Program-made: the position numbers and the translations under genes
Assembly (NCBI GenBank): GCA_963716745.1
Contig: OY970320.1
Location: forward strand, 1,856,001 to 1,920,000
DNA length: 64,000 nucleotides
Source of the DNA: an uncultured Gemmatimonadaceae bacterium
Lineage (GTDB): Bacteria; Gemmatimonadota; Gemmatimonadetes; Gemmatimonadales; Gemmatimonadaceae
Direction of reading: 5' to 3'
Notes under the pieces: generated by a model
What the model saw: the letters and a program-made list of their open reading frames with translations, nothing else
Databases searched by the model: none
Told to the model about the DNA's origin: nothing
Part shown: piece after piece, positions 19,515 to 31,163 of the stretch
Layout of the letters: the number at the start of each line of letters is the position of its first letter
Numbering within the stretch: position 1 is the stretch's first letter

Positions 19515-21298
19515 TCATTTCGGGAGCAACTCGGCGCGCCCGTACAGCGCGCCGCCCTTCATCACCATCACGACCAGCTTCGCGTTGCCGATGTCCGCGG
19601 TGGGATCGGCCGACCAGACTACGAGGTCCGCGGCGCGTTTCGCATCGAGCAGGCCGAGCTCGCTGTCGCGCCCCATCGCCCGCGCCGCGACGATCGTCGC
19701 CGATGCGAACACCTCCGCCGCCGGCATTCCCGCCGCCTGCAATGCTTCCATCTCACGATACACGCTGGGACCGGGCGCGGTGCCGGGGTTCCCGGCATCC
19801 GTGCCCATCGCGATCGGTATGCCGGCAGTACGCATGCGTGCCACGTTCCGTTCGGTGGCGTGGAACGCGCTGTCGAAGCGGCCCGTCGCTTTCATGCGAG
19901 CCAGCCGTGCGGCGCGCAACGAATCTGGCAGTGGCGTCTCGAGATGCGCGCGCGTTACGGCGTCGACGCACGCCAGCGGGTAGCGCGCTGCCGGCGACCG
20001 GCCGGCGTACACGTCCGCATACCCTTCGAAGACCGTGAGCGTCGGGATCACGATCGTGCCGTTCGCCTTCGCGAGCGCCAGGAACTCGTCGTCAATGTCC
20101 TCCGGCGCCACGCTGTGCACGAGCACTCTCACGCCGGCATGGAGCGCGTCCTTCGCATTCGCGAGCTGCGTGGCATGCACGAGCAATGGCAGCCCGGCGC
20201 GCTTCGCTTCTTCGCCGGCGACCATCAGCCGCGCGCGCATCACCGCTCTCTGCGAGTCGGGGACCTGGAGATACCACACCTTGATCGCACTCGCGCCATC
20301 GCGCGCGAGCGCGCGCACGCCCGCGCGCACCGCCGAATCGCTGCTCATGTAAATGAACTGCTTCTCCACCGCCGTGTTCACCCACGAGTCGTACGTCGTG
20401 AGCAGCGGACCGGCGGCCGACATCCGCGGAGCGTTCAATGCGGATTCATGATCGCGCGCCATCGTCAGCGTCCACGGATAGCCGCCGACATCGAACACGC
20501 TCGTCACGCCGCTGCAGAGGTACGCGCGATCGAACTTCGACGGATCGTGATGGAGCGCCGCGACCACGGAGTCGTACGGGAACTGCGAGCGCAGGTCGAG
20601 CGCGTCGGGACGGCCGTCCACCCACCCCGTTTGTGAATAGTGCACGTGCGCGTCGATCAATCCCGGGCCGATATACTTTCCGCGCACATCGATCGTCTCC
20701 ACTCCCGCTGGAACGGGGCAGTCCGCACGCGCGCCTGCGCACACGATGCGCCCGCCCGCGCACGACCACCGTCGCGTTCGGCACCGCAGGCCGGCGCGGA
20801 TTCACGAGCGTTGCGCCCACCAGCGCGACCGGCGGCGGCAATGCACCGGCTGACAGTCCGAATGCCGTGCTCACCGCGATCTTCCAGCCTTTCGGCGGTC
20901 TTCACGAAGATGCGCTCCGAGATCCCTTCGATCGTCGGGCCGTTGTGCACTACCTGGCGGTAGTGGTACGTGCCGTAGACCACGCCCGGTGCGATCGGCA
21001 CCATGCGCAGATCGCGTGCGACCAGCGTGTCGGGCCACGTGTTGTCGCGGATCGCCGCCCAATCCTTGTATCCCTGCTCGAGCCCGCCCGTGCCGTTGCG
21101 CGCGAGCGTCTCGGTCTCGATGTAGTAGGACAGATATCGCGTGCGGTCGCGTTTGTGGATCGCGTCGATGTTCGCTTCGAACACTTTTCTCGCGCCCGCC
21201 GTGTCCGATTCGGCTTGGCCGGCGGCAACGGAGGACGAGACGAGCATCGCAGCGACGACCAACGCGGCGCCGGCGAGCGGCGCGCGGGAACGGCTCAT
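19515..21298 (-). CDS. Secreted amidohydrolase with N-terminal NTF2/SnoaL-like domain; two apparent indels (~20893, ~20757)
   Basis: Three ORF pieces join into signal peptide + NTF2-like domain + ALVGATLV...PGLIDAHVH...AIKVW...VHA...LVHS...GTDAG...KRAADLVV. Confidence 0.75.
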
Positions 21299-21370
21299 GC
21301 GGATCTCCGATTCGGGACGGAGAAATGTTGCACCCGCCCGCACCGAACGGCCAGTCACGCGCCGACAATA

Positions 21371-21401
21371 GAAAACGGCCCCGCCGCGAGGCGGGGCCGT
21401 T
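21371..21401 (-). terminator. Intrinsic terminator of the outer-membrane protein gene
   Basis: 12-bp stem aacggccccgcc-gcga-ggcggggccgtt; T run on minus strand. Confidence 0.8.
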
Positions 21402-21423
21402 CGGACCGCGTCGTCGCGGCCGT

Positions 21424-21981
21424 CTAGAACATGATCCCGACGGTGATCGGGATATACTCCAGGCTCTTCTTCGATCCGTCGCTCTGCACCAGTCCATTCG
21501 ACACGTCGTTCCAGCGCGCTTCAATGAAGAGCATCGCGAGCTTCACGCCGACGCCCGCATTATAGCCGAAGCTGGATTGCGTACTCGTCACAGATGGTAG
21601 CGGCGGCGACGTCACGGAGACCTTCTGCTGCACGCCATAGTAGCCGACGCCGCCAATGAGGTACACCGGGCCGAGCATGTTCCATTGCACGTTGCCCGTG
21701 GCACTGTAGATCGTGAAATCGTTCTTCTCGGTGGCCGGGCCCGGCACCATGATCGACTTGCCGTTCATCAGCCCGTACGTCGCGTCGACGCGGAAGTGCA
21801 CTGGCACGACGGGCGCGCCGAAGCGCAGCGTGACACCGCCTAGCCAGCCGTTGTTCGCGTAGTCCTTGAGCGTGCTGTTGGGGATAGAGTAGCCGCCCAT
21901 GATGCCGAAGCCGATCTGCGCGCCCGCCGGAGCGGCGAGCGTCACAATGGCGACCGCGGCGCCAAGAATGAACCGTTTCAT
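21424..21981 (-). CDS. Outer-membrane beta-barrel protein (8-stranded OMP type)
   Basis: Signal peptide, alternating beta strands, C-terminal Phe (ITVGIMF), GGAGGT RBS. Confidence 0.8.
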   Translation of the reverse strand: MKRFILGAAVAIVTLAAPAGAQIGFGIMGGYSIPNSTLKDYANNGWLGGVTLRFGAPVVPVHFRVDATYGLMNGKSIMVPGPATEKNDFTIYSATGNVQWNMLGPVYLIGGVGYYGVQQKVSVTSPPLPSVTSTQSSFGYNAGVGVKLAMLFIEARWNDVSNGLVQSDGSKKSLEYIPITVGIMF

Positions 21982-22089
21982 GAGAAAGACCTCCGAATTG
22001 ACAGAGAGGATCCGCGGCGAACGGCCGCGGGCACTAATTGTTAGACGAATGATAGAGGGAGGACGCCACCAATGCCGTCCCGAACCGGT

Positions 22090-22587
22090 TCACGCGGCTT
22101 GCGCGAGCACGCTCGCGTCCAGCAGCCGGCGTACGCAGATCTCCGCGCAGCCGAAGCGCCGTGAACAACCCGCGCAGTCCCGCCGCACCTTCTCGGGGTA
22201 ATGCGCCCGGTCAATGATCGTGTACCCGGCCTTCTCGAAGAAGTTCGGCGTCAGTGTGAGCGCGAACAGTTCGGCAATGCCGCGCCGGCGCGCCAGCGAC
22301 TCAAGCCGCTCGACGATCGCCCGGCCCACGCCCAGGCCATGCGCCTCGCGTGCGACCGCCACCGACGCGACCTCCGCGAGCGAGGGCGAGTACTCCTTGA
22401 GCGCACCGCACGCGAGCACGCGACCGTCGGCTCCGCAGGCGACGGCGAAGTCATCGAGCGCGATGCGCACGGAATCGGCGGTGCGCGGCAGCATGATCTT
22501 CTCCGCCGCGAACGAATTCACGAGATCGACGATCGCCGCGACGTCATGCGGCTCCGCCATGCGGAACGTCACGCATTCGGCGCTCAC
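22090..22587 (-). CDS. argA: Short GNAT N-acetylglutamate synthase
   Basis: MLPR, LAEVASVAV, GLGVGR, LFALT..PNFF, C-terminal KV.RDC..C....GC.E; last gene of the arg operon; GTGA overlap. Confidence 0.8.
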   Translation of the reverse strand: MSAECVTFRMAEPHDVAAIVDLVNSFAAEKIMLPRTADSVRIALDDFAVACGADGRVLACGALKEYSPSLAEVASVAVAREAHGLGVGRAIVERLESLARRRGIAELFALTLTPNFFEKAGYTIIDRAHYPEKVRRDCAGCSRRFGCAEICVRRLLDASVLAQAA

Positions 22588-23799
22588 AGGGCACCCTCCA
22601 GGAGCGCGATCCCCCGTGCGAGCGCGGCGCGCGTCCGCCACGAGCGGCGGCAGGATCCGGATGGTGTAGTCGCCGGCGCCGCAGAGCAGCAAGCCGGCGT
22701 CGCGCGCGCGGGACACGATCGTGGAGGCTGGCTCCATAACGTCCACCCCCCACATGAATCCGGCGCCCCGCACCGCGCGGATGCGTCCGGTGCGCAGGGC
22801 CACCGCGCGCAGCGCCTCGCCCATCCACTCGCCATCCGAGCGCACGTGCGAGAGCAGCGCCGGATCGCTCAAGCGATCGAGCACATGATTCGCGACCGCC
22901 GCCACCGCCGGGCCGCCGCCGAATGTCGTCCCGTGATCGCCGGGCTTGATCGCCGCCGCGATCTCCGCCGACATGAGCACCGCGCCCATCGGGAATCCTC
23001 CCGCCAGCGGCTTCGCGAGCGTCATGAGATCGGGTGTGATCCCGGAACGCTCGTGGGCGAAGAGCCAGCCAGTGCGGCCCAGTCCGCATTGCACTTCGTC
23101 AAGGATCAGCGCGGCACCGTGCGCCACCGTCAGATCGCGGATCGCGTGAAGGAATTCCGGCTCCAGGACGCGCACGCCTCCCTCGCCCTGCACCGGCTCC
23201 GCGATCACCGCCGCGACATCGCCCCCCTCCAGCGCGCGCTCGAGTTCCTCCGGATCGCGCTCGATGATCCGCACGCCGCCGGCGAGCGGCGTGAACGGCG
23301 CGCGATATTCGGGCCGGTCGGTGGCGGCGAGCGACGCGAACAGCCGCCCGTGAAATCCGCCGCGCAGCGCGATGATGGTGTGCTTGGCCTCTCCGCCGGC
23401 CACGCGCGCCCACCGCCGCGCGAACTTGAACGCGCCCTCGTTCGCCTCCGCGCCGGAGTTGCAGAAGAAGACGCTCGCCGCGAACGATCGCGCCACCAAC
23501 GATTCGGCGAGCGCGCGCCCGGGGCCCGTGCGGAACAGATTCGACGTATGCACGATCCCGCTCGCCATCGCGTCGCACATCGCCGCCGCGATGCCAGCGT
23601 CGCCGTAGCCGAGCGCGTTCACGCCGATCCCGCTCGTGAAGTCGAGATAGGCGCGCCCCGCGTCGTCGAACAGCTCGACCCCCGCGCCGCGCACGAACTC
23701 GATCGGCGGGCGCCGGTAGATCCCGAGCAGCGGTTCGATGGCCGTCGTCTCCGGCGCGACCGGCGGCAGCACGTTCTCCATCATTGGGAGCGCGCTCAC
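22584..23799 (-). CDS. argD: Acetylornithine aminotransferase; apparent indel ~22637
   Basis: DFTSGIGVNALG, NSGAEANE, EPVQGEGG, DEVQCGLGRTG, LAKPLAGG, HGTTFGG; true end ...ALLEGAL* in another frame. Confidence 0.9.
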
Positions 23800-24557
23800 G
23801 CGGCCGCCCGCGCGCGGGTCACCAGCGTACCGTCCGCCTCATCGAGCAGCGAGCCAATGCCGCCGATCCGGACGCGGCGGACGCCGCCCGTGAGCGCGCG
23901 CGAGGCGGCCTCGAGTTTGGCCACCATGCCGCCGCTCGCGGTGCCATCCGCGATGGCGCGCATCGCATCCGCGGCCGCCAATTCCGCGACGCGTGCACCG
24001 CGAACGACCACGCCATCCACGTCGCTCACGAAGAGCAGTTCCACCGCGCCGACCGCCGCCGCGATGATGGCGGCCGCATCGTCGCCATTCACGTTGAGCG
24101 GCGCGCCTTCGGCGTGCCCTGTCTCCCGCGCCACAGGTGAGATCACCGGCACGTATCCGCCGCTCACGAGATGGCGCAGCAGCTCGGCGTTCACGGTCTC
24201 CGGCGCGCCGACGCGGCCGAGCAGCGCCGCGGCGGCTACGCGCGCGCCGATCAGCGCGCCGTCCTCGCCGGAGATCCCCACCGCGTTGACGCCGGCCGAG
24301 ATGAGCCGCGCGACCAGCCGTTTGTTCGCCGAGCCGGAGAGCGCCATGCGGACGAGCTCGACGTCGGCGGCGGTCGTCACGCGCCGGCCGCCGATGAAGG
24401 CCGGCTCGGCGCCCATCGCGCGCTGGAGCGCGCTCACCGTGCCGCCGCCGCCGTGTACAATGCACACCGCGCCCGCCGATCGCGCGCACGCCACCGCGAG
24501 CGCCTCCGGGAGGCGCGGATCATCCTGCGCAGTCCCGCCGACCTTGATGACGCGCAT
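23796..24557 (-). CDS. argB: Acetylglutamate kinase
   Basis: VIKVGG, VHGGG, GRRVT, NVNGDDAA, SDVDGV, GGMVAK. Confidence 0.92.
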   Translation of the reverse strand: MRVIKVGGTAQDDPRLPEALAVACARSAGAVCIVHGGGGTVSALQRAMGAEPAFIGGRRVTTAADVELVRMALSGSANKRLVARLISAGVNAVGISGEDGALIGARVAAAALLGRVGAPETVNAELLRHLVSGGYVPVISPVARETGHAEGAPLNVNGDDAAAIIAAAVGAVELLFVSDVDGVVVRGARVAELAAADAMRAIADGTASGGMVAKLEAASRALTGGVRRVRIGGIGSLLDEADGTLVTRARAAA

Positions 24558-25525
24558 CAGGACGGGAGTCCCATCGTCTCTTCGAGTCCCAGCAGCAGGT
24601 TCGCATTCTGCATCGCCTGCCCGGCCGCGCCCTTCATGAGGTTGTCGATCGCCGCCACCACCTGCAGCATCGGCTGCCGCACGCCGGCCACCGGGCGCGC
24701 GGTCACGCGCATGACGTTCCGGCGCACGACCTCGCGCAGCGACGGCGCCTCGCTCGTGACCTCGATGAACGGTTCGTTCGCGTACTGCTCGCGCCAAGGC
24801 GCGAGCGCATCCGCCGGCACATGCGTCACCGGCACGAGGATCGTCGCCAGGATCCCGCGCGCGACGGGAAGCAGATGCGGCGTGAACACGAGGTCCGCGT
24901 CGCTGCCGAACGATGCGAGCACCGCCCGCATCTCGGCCGTGTGCCGGTGCGAGTTCCCCAGCGCGTACGCACGGAAGTCCTCCGCCACCTCGGCGAATAG
25001 CAGGTCGCGGCGCGGTGTGAATCCAGCGCCGGTGACGCCGCTCGCGGCGTTGATCGTGATCACCGCGCCGGGCGCGATGAGTCCCCGCGCCGCGAGCGGC
25101 ACGAGCGCGAGCAGCGCCGCCGTCGCGTAGCAACCGGGGTTCGCCACCACGTCGGCACCGCGGACATCGTCGCGGCGGACTTCGGTGAGGCCATACGGCA
25201 CGTGGCGCCCGGAGAACGCATCCGCGCCGGGCCGGAGATCCGATGAGAGGTCCACGACCTTCGCGCCGGCCTCATTCGCGGCGCCCACCCACGCGGCCGA
25301 CTCGCCGTGCGGCAGCGCGCTGAAGATGAGCGCTGCCTCGGCGAGCGGCGCGTCCTCGGTCGCGGCGAGAGTGATCGAGCGGCCGCCCGCGTCCACGCGT
25401 TCACCGCGCCGCGTGTCGGCCGCGGCGAACGCGAGCGTCATCCGGGGATGGCGCCCGACGAGCGCGAGCAGCTCGCGGCCGGCGTATCCGCTGGCGCCCA
25501 GGATCCCAATCGGGACTTTATGCAT
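24557..25525 (-). CDS. argC: N-acetyl-gamma-glutamyl-phosphate reductase
   Basis: GASGYAG, ALPHG, ANPGCYAT, SGVTGAG, DNLMKGAAGQA. Confidence 0.93.
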   Translation of the reverse strand: MHKVPIGILGASGYAGRELLALVGRHPRMTLAFAAADTRRGERVDAGGRSITLAATEDAPLAEAALIFSALPHGESAAWVGAANEAGAKVVDLSSDLRPGADAFSGRHVPYGLTEVRRDDVRGADVVANPGCYATAALLALVPLAARGLIAPGAVITINAASGVTGAGFTPRRDLLFAEVAEDFRAYALGNSHRHTAEMRAVLASFGSDADLVFTPHLLPVARGILATILVPVTHVPADALAPWREQYANEPFIEVTSEAPSLREVVRRNVMRVTARPVAGVRQPMLQVVAAIDNLMKGAAGQAMQNANLLLGLEETMGLPS

Positions 25526-25560
25526 TGGGAATGCATAAATTCCCATCAGCAGATTGTCAA
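25509..25560 (-). promoter_or_regulatory. Tandem ARG boxes overlapping the argC promoter and start codon
   Basis: Perfect inner palindrome tttatgcatt-ggg-aatgcataaa (25517-25539), read as two 18-bp boxes 3 bp apart; TTGACA at 25560-25555. Confidence 0.8.
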
Positions 25561-25612
25561 TACGGCGGCCGGCGCCCTGGCCGACCGCTCCGCCGGCCGT
25601 TATGCTCCCCGC

Positions 25613-26071
25613 ATGGCGAACAAGCGCGAACGGCAGGCCGGCATCCGCGATCTCATCAGCTCGCGCGCGGTGGAGAGCCAGGAGGAGCTGCGGCGTCTCC
25701 TCAAGCAGCGCGGCTGGGCGGTCACGCAGTCCACCCTGTCGCGCGACCTGCGCGAGATGCGCGTTGCCCGGGTGCCCGCGCCGGGCGGCACGGTGCGCTA
25801 TGCCCTCACCGGCGCCACCACCGACGACCGTCCGCCCCTCGAGGCGCTCCTGCCGCACCTGTACACCGAGATCGGCGGCGTCGGCGAGATGGTCGTATTG
25901 CACACGCTGCCCGGCGGCGCGCAGCCGATCGGCGTCGCGCTCGATGCCGAGGAATGGCCGGAGGTCCTCGGCTCCGTCGCCGGCGACGACACCGTGCTCA
26001 TCATCTGCCGCTCCGCCGCGGCGCGCGAGCGGCTGACCCACCGCCTCCGTTCCATCGCCGGCGCGAGCTGA
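25613..26071 (+). CDS. argR: Arginine repressor
   Basis: SQEEL...VTQSTLSRDLREM; TLPGGAQ; GSVAGDDTVLII. Confidence 0.95.
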   Translation: MANKRERQAGIRDLISSRAVESQEELRRLLKQRGWAVTQSTLSRDLREMRVARVPAPGGTVRYALTGATTDDRPPLEALLPHLYTEIGGVGEMVVLHTLPGGAQPIGVALDAEEWPEVLGSVAGDDTVLIICRSAAARERLTHRLRSIAGAS

Positions 26072-26096
26072 GCGCCGGAGGCTGGCCGCGGGCCTC

Positions 26097-26152
26097 TTGA
26101 CGCCCGCATCCGGATAGACTAAATATGCACGCGGGTCGCATATTTATTCTTT
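26097..26152 (+). promoter_or_regulatory. argG promoter with tandem ARG boxes
   Basis: TTGACG at 26097; boxes atagactaaatatgcacg (26114-26131) and gtcgcatatttattcttt (26135-26152), 3 bp apart, resemble WNTGMATWWWWATKCANW. Confidence 0.8.
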
Positions 26153-26169
26153 CCCTTGCCTGCCTGCCC

Positions 26170-27424
<1,255 letters not shown>

Positions 27425-27428
<4 letters not shown>

Positions 27429-28876
27429 CGCCGCTCAAACTCGACGGCGCCGCCGCGCACAAGCTCTGGGGAGGCCGCTTCAGCGGCGACTCCGCACCCG
27501 AGCTCGACACGCTCAACCGCTCGATCGACGTCGATCTTCGCCTCTGGCCGTTCGACATCCAACTCTCCAAGGCCTGGGCCGTCGCGCTCTGGCACGCCGG
27601 CGTCGTCACGCTCGACGAGAGCCGCGCGCTCGAGCACGGACTCGACGCCGTCGCCGCGCGGCTCCGCGCCGGCGCCGCGCCCGTTCCGTCGGACGAGGAT
27701 GTGCACACGCTCATCGACCGCCTCCTGCACGACGAGGTGGGCGACGTCGCCTCGAAACTCCACACGGGCCGCAGCCGCAACGATCAGGTCGCGACCGCCA
27801 CGCGGCTGTGGGCGATGGACGCCGTGTCCGCGCTCGACGCCGCGGTCCGCACGCTCCAGCATGTGATCGTCGCGCACGCGAGCGACCTGCACCACGCGCG
27901 CGCGCTCATGCCCTCGTACACGCACCTGCAGCGCGCGCAGCCGGTCGCCGCGGCGCACTGGATGCTCTCGCACTTCTGGCCGCTCGACCGCGATCGCCGC
28001 CGGCTCGCCGCCGCATCGCGCGCCGCCGCCTCGCTCCCGCTCGGCTCCGGCGCGATCGCGGGCTGCGCGTTCCCGGTCTCGCGCGTTCTCCTGCAGGAGA
28101 CGCTCGGCTTCGCGCGCCTCTCGCCCAATAGCATCGATGCGGTGAGCGATCGCGACTTCGTCGCCGATCTGCTCTACGCCGCAGCGATGCTCGGCGTGCA
28201 TCTCTCGCGGCTCGCCGAGGATCTCGTGCTCTTCGGCACAGCCGAGTTCGGATTCATCCGGTTCGGCGAACGCTTCACCACCGGCTCGAGCATGATGCCG
28301 CAGAAGCGGAATCCCGATGTGTTCGAGCTGGCGCGCGGATCCGGCGGCCGCGTGCTCGGCGACCTCACTGCGCTCCTCGCGACGCTCAAGGGATTGCCCA
28401 CGGGCTACAACAAGGACATCCAGGACGACAAACGAGCCTTGTTCGACGCGGTCGACACCATGCAGCGTGTCCTCCCTGCCGTCGCCGGCGCGCTCGCAGA
28501 GTGCACCTTCCGCCCCGACCGGATGCATGAGTCGCTCTCGAGCACGATGATGGCGACCGACCTCGCGGATCACCTCGTCGCGAAGGGCGTGACCTTCCGC
28601 GATGCGCACGCGGCCGTCGGGCGCTTGGTGCGCGAGGCTGAGGCCGCCAGCGTCGAACTCCACGCGCTGCCGGTGAAGTCGTTCTCACAGGCGCACGCCG
28701 CGTTCGGCACCGACCTCGGCGACGCGCTCTCGGCGGAAGCGAGTGTGGCGCGCCGCGAGGTCGAGGGCGCGACCGGCCCGAATGCGGTGACCGCGCAGCT
28801 CGAGGCTGCCGTTGCGACGCTTACGGTTCCAGTGGACGTTCCGCGCGGCAACGCACTCCATCTCGCGCGCGATTAG
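27425..28876 (+). CDS. argH: Argininosuccinate lyase
   Basis: KLWGGRF, HTGRSRNDQ, YTHLQRAQP, GSSMMPQKRNPD. Confidence 0.96.
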
Positions 28877-28902
28877 CCGCTCGTCGCTGCACGAGCGCGA
28901 AT

Positions 28903-28938
28903 GAAAAAAGGGCGGCACTCTCGCGAGTGCCGCCCTTT
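28903..28938. terminator. Bidirectional intrinsic terminator between argH and csp
   Basis: 14-bp stem aaagggcggcactc-tcgc-gagtgccgcccttt with an A run on the left and T run on the right. Confidence 0.85.
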
Positions 28939-28960
28939 CCATTCGACCGTGGTCGGCGCG

Positions 28961-29173
28961 TTAGCGCTTGGTCACGTTCTCAGCCGCGGGACCCTTCTGC
29001 CCCTCGACGATGTCGAACTCCACCGCCTCGCCTTCGGCCAGCGTCTTGAAGCCGCTGCCCTGGATCGCGCTGTAGTGGACGAAGCAGTCCTTCTGACCGT
29101 TGTCCGGGGTGATGAAGCCGAACCCCTTCGCGTCGTTGAACCACTTCACTTTGCCTGTGACACGCATTGCCAT
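28961..29173 (-). CDS. csp: Cold-shock protein (CspA family)
   Basis: [15 protein letters not shown] (RNP1), CFVHYSAI (RNP2), [16 protein letters not shown]. Confidence 0.97.
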   Translation of the reverse strand: MAMRVTGKVKWFNDAKGFGFITPDNGQKDCFVHYSAIQGSGFKTLAEGEAVEFDIVEGQKGPAAENVTKR

Positions 29174-29345
29174 ACTCCTGAAGATGTTTGTTCAGGGTGC
29201 GGCATGCGCCTTTCCCTGACCAAGTGATGCCTGACGCGAGCGGATTTGCCAGCGCGCCGAGCTCCACCTGCTTCCCCGAAACTACAAAACCCGGACGAGA
29301 GAGCCGCCCGGGTCCTCTAACGAGATGCGGGTGGTGCCTGGCCCG

Positions 29346-29374
29346 AATATAGGCCTGCCCCGGGATCGGGGCAA
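29346..29374 (-). promoter_or_regulatory. Sigma70-type promoter of csp, implying a ~165-nt 5' UTR
   Basis: TTGCCC-N17-TATATT on the minus strand. Confidence 0.7.
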
Positions 29375-29389
29375 TAGTGGACTTTAGGC

Positions 29390-29818
29390 CTACGGGCTGG
29401 CGGGGGCGGCTATCGGGTTCACTCCTACCACATAGTACTCGGTATCGCCGAAACAGCTGGTCGGCACGCCCTTGTGCTGCTCGTAGATGATCGCGACCCG
29501 CTGGCCGGCCATGCCGCGCAGCAGCTGCGCGACGGAATCGTTCCGGACGGTGAAGTCGAACACTTCGGGCATCGTGCCCGGGAGGTTCGCCATCGCGATC
29601 TCTCCCTCCCACGTCTTACAGATCCAGCCCTTCTCCGAGAATTTCTGCAGGTAGCCCGCGCGGTCGCCCTTCGAGTACGAGAAAGCCAGCGCACTCCACG
29701 TGTATACCGCGAATACCACCGCAGGCACGAGGATCACGAGCGCCAACCATCGCTTCCACTTGAGCTTCTTGGGCGCCGCTCCGCCTGTCGCGGGCGCTGC
29801 ATCGGTCGCGTTCGTCAT
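29390..29818 (-). CDS. Membrane-anchored hypothetical protein
   Basis: One TM helix then YSKGDRAGYLQKFSEKGWICKTWEGE...CFGDTEY; gaggc RBS-like sequence. Confidence 0.8.
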   Translation of the reverse strand: MTNATDAAPATGGAAPKKLKWKRWLALVILVPAVVFAVYTWSALAFSYSKGDRAGYLQKFSEKGWICKTWEGEIAMANLPGTMPEVFDFTVRNDSVAQLLRGMAGQRVAIIYEQHKGVPTSCFGDTEYYVVGVNPIAAPASP

Positions 29819-29932
29819 GATCGCTCGCCTCAGAGGTGATCCCGCCTGCCCTCACCAATCTATGCCGCCGCTCCGTGGGCGCGAGACGCCATGGCATCCC
29901 CCTCGCTCCCGCTGCCGTCTATCTTTCCCACC

Positions 29933-31156
29933 ATGGCCTTCCTCGCGCGGCGCACCACAGTAACGGTTCGGGTCGGCGGCGTACCGGTCGGTTCGGGCCA
30001 TCCCGTGGTCGTGCAGTCGATGACCAACACCGACACGGCGGACGCCGCCGCCACCGCCACGCAGGTCGCCGAGCTCGCGGCCGCCGGCTCCGAGTTGGTC
30101 CGCGTCACGGTGAACAACGATGAGTCCGCCGCCGCCGTGCCGGAGATCATGCGCCGGCTCGCGGACGTGGGCGTCGTCGTCCCCGTCATCGGCGACTTCC
30201 ACTACAACGGGCATCTGCTGCTCGCCAAATATCCCGACTGTGCGCGCGTGCTCGCGAAGTACCGCATCAATCCGGGGAATGTCGGCGGCAAGCGCCGCGA
30301 TGAGAATTTCCGCACGATCATCCGGATCGCGATCGACCACGGGAAGCCCGTCCGGATCGGCGTGAACTGGGGCTCGCTCGACCAGGACCTTCTCACGCAG
30401 TTGATGGACGAGAACGCGAAGCGCTCGGAGCCGATGGAGGCGCGCGGGGTATATATCGAAGCGATGCTCGAGAGCGCGCTCCGGTCGGCGCAACTCGCCG
30501 AAGAGACGGGACTCGGTCACGACCGCATCATCCTCTCGGCGAAGGTCTCGGGCGTACAGGATCTCGTGGACGTCTACCGTCGCCTCGCGGCGCGCGCGGA
30601 CTACCCGCTCCACCTCGGCCTCACCGAGGCGGGACTCGGCACGAAAGGCGTGGTGGCGAGCACCGCCGGGCTCTCGATCCTGCTGGGCGAAGGCATCGGC
30701 GATACGATCCGGGTATCGCTCACGCCGCGGCCCGGCGGGGATCGCTCCGAAGAAGTGCGCGTCGCGCAGCAGATCCTGCAATCGCTTGGGCTCCGGAGCT
30801 TCGCGCCGCAGGTCACCGCGTGCCCCGGGTGTGGGCGCACGACGTCGACGTTCTTCCAGCAGATGGCGGAGGATATCCAGACCTATCTGCGCGACCAGAT
30901 GCCTTCGTGGCGCGAACGACATCCGGGCGTCGAGGAGATGCGTGTGGCCGTGATGGGCTGCGTGGTGAACGGTCCCGGTGAATCGAAGCACGCGAACATC
31001 GGGATCTCCCTGCCGGGCACGGCCGAGGATCCGCGTGCGCCGGTGTACGTGGATGGCCAGCTCCACGTCACGCTCAAGGGCGATATGATCGTGCCGGAGT
31101 TCCTGCGAATCCTCGAGAGCTACGTCGCGCGCGCGTACCCGGCCCAAGGCGCTTAG
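29933..31156 (+). CDS. ispG: (E)-4-hydroxy-3-methylbut-2-enyl-diphosphate synthase
   Basis: [49 protein letters not shown]. Confidence 0.97.
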   Translation: MAFLARRTTVTVRVGGVPVGSGHPVVVQSMTNTDTADAAATATQVAELAAAGSELVRVTVNNDESAAAVPEIMRRLADVGVVVPVIGDFHYNGHLLLAKYPDCARVLAKYRINPGNVGGKRRDENFRTIIRIAIDHGKPVRIGVNWGSLDQDLLTQLMDENAKRSEPMEARGVYIEAMLESALRSAQLAEETGLGHDRIILSAKVSGVQDLVDVYRRLAARADYPLHLGLTEAGLGTKGVVASTAGLSILLGEGIGDTIRVSLTPRPGGDRSEEVRVAQQILQSLGLRSFAPQVTACPGCGRTTSTFFQQMAEDIQTYLRDQMPSWRERHPGVEEMRVAVMGCVVNGPGESKHANIGISLPGTAEDPRAPVYVDGQLHVTLKGDMIVPEFLRILESYVARAYPAQGA

Positions 31157-31163
31157 AGAGCGC

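Noticed and set aside
22090..23799. Apparent ArgD-ArgA fusion (569-aa ORF)
   Set aside because: An indel near 22637 joins them; the natural argD end and a GTGA stop/start overlap are visible at 22584-22587
22201..24639. Long antisense or alternative-frame ORFs (this one, 2272-3270, 29852-31147 and others)
   Set aside because: Arg/Ala-rich shadow ORFs opposite well-supported genes, expected in high-GC DNA
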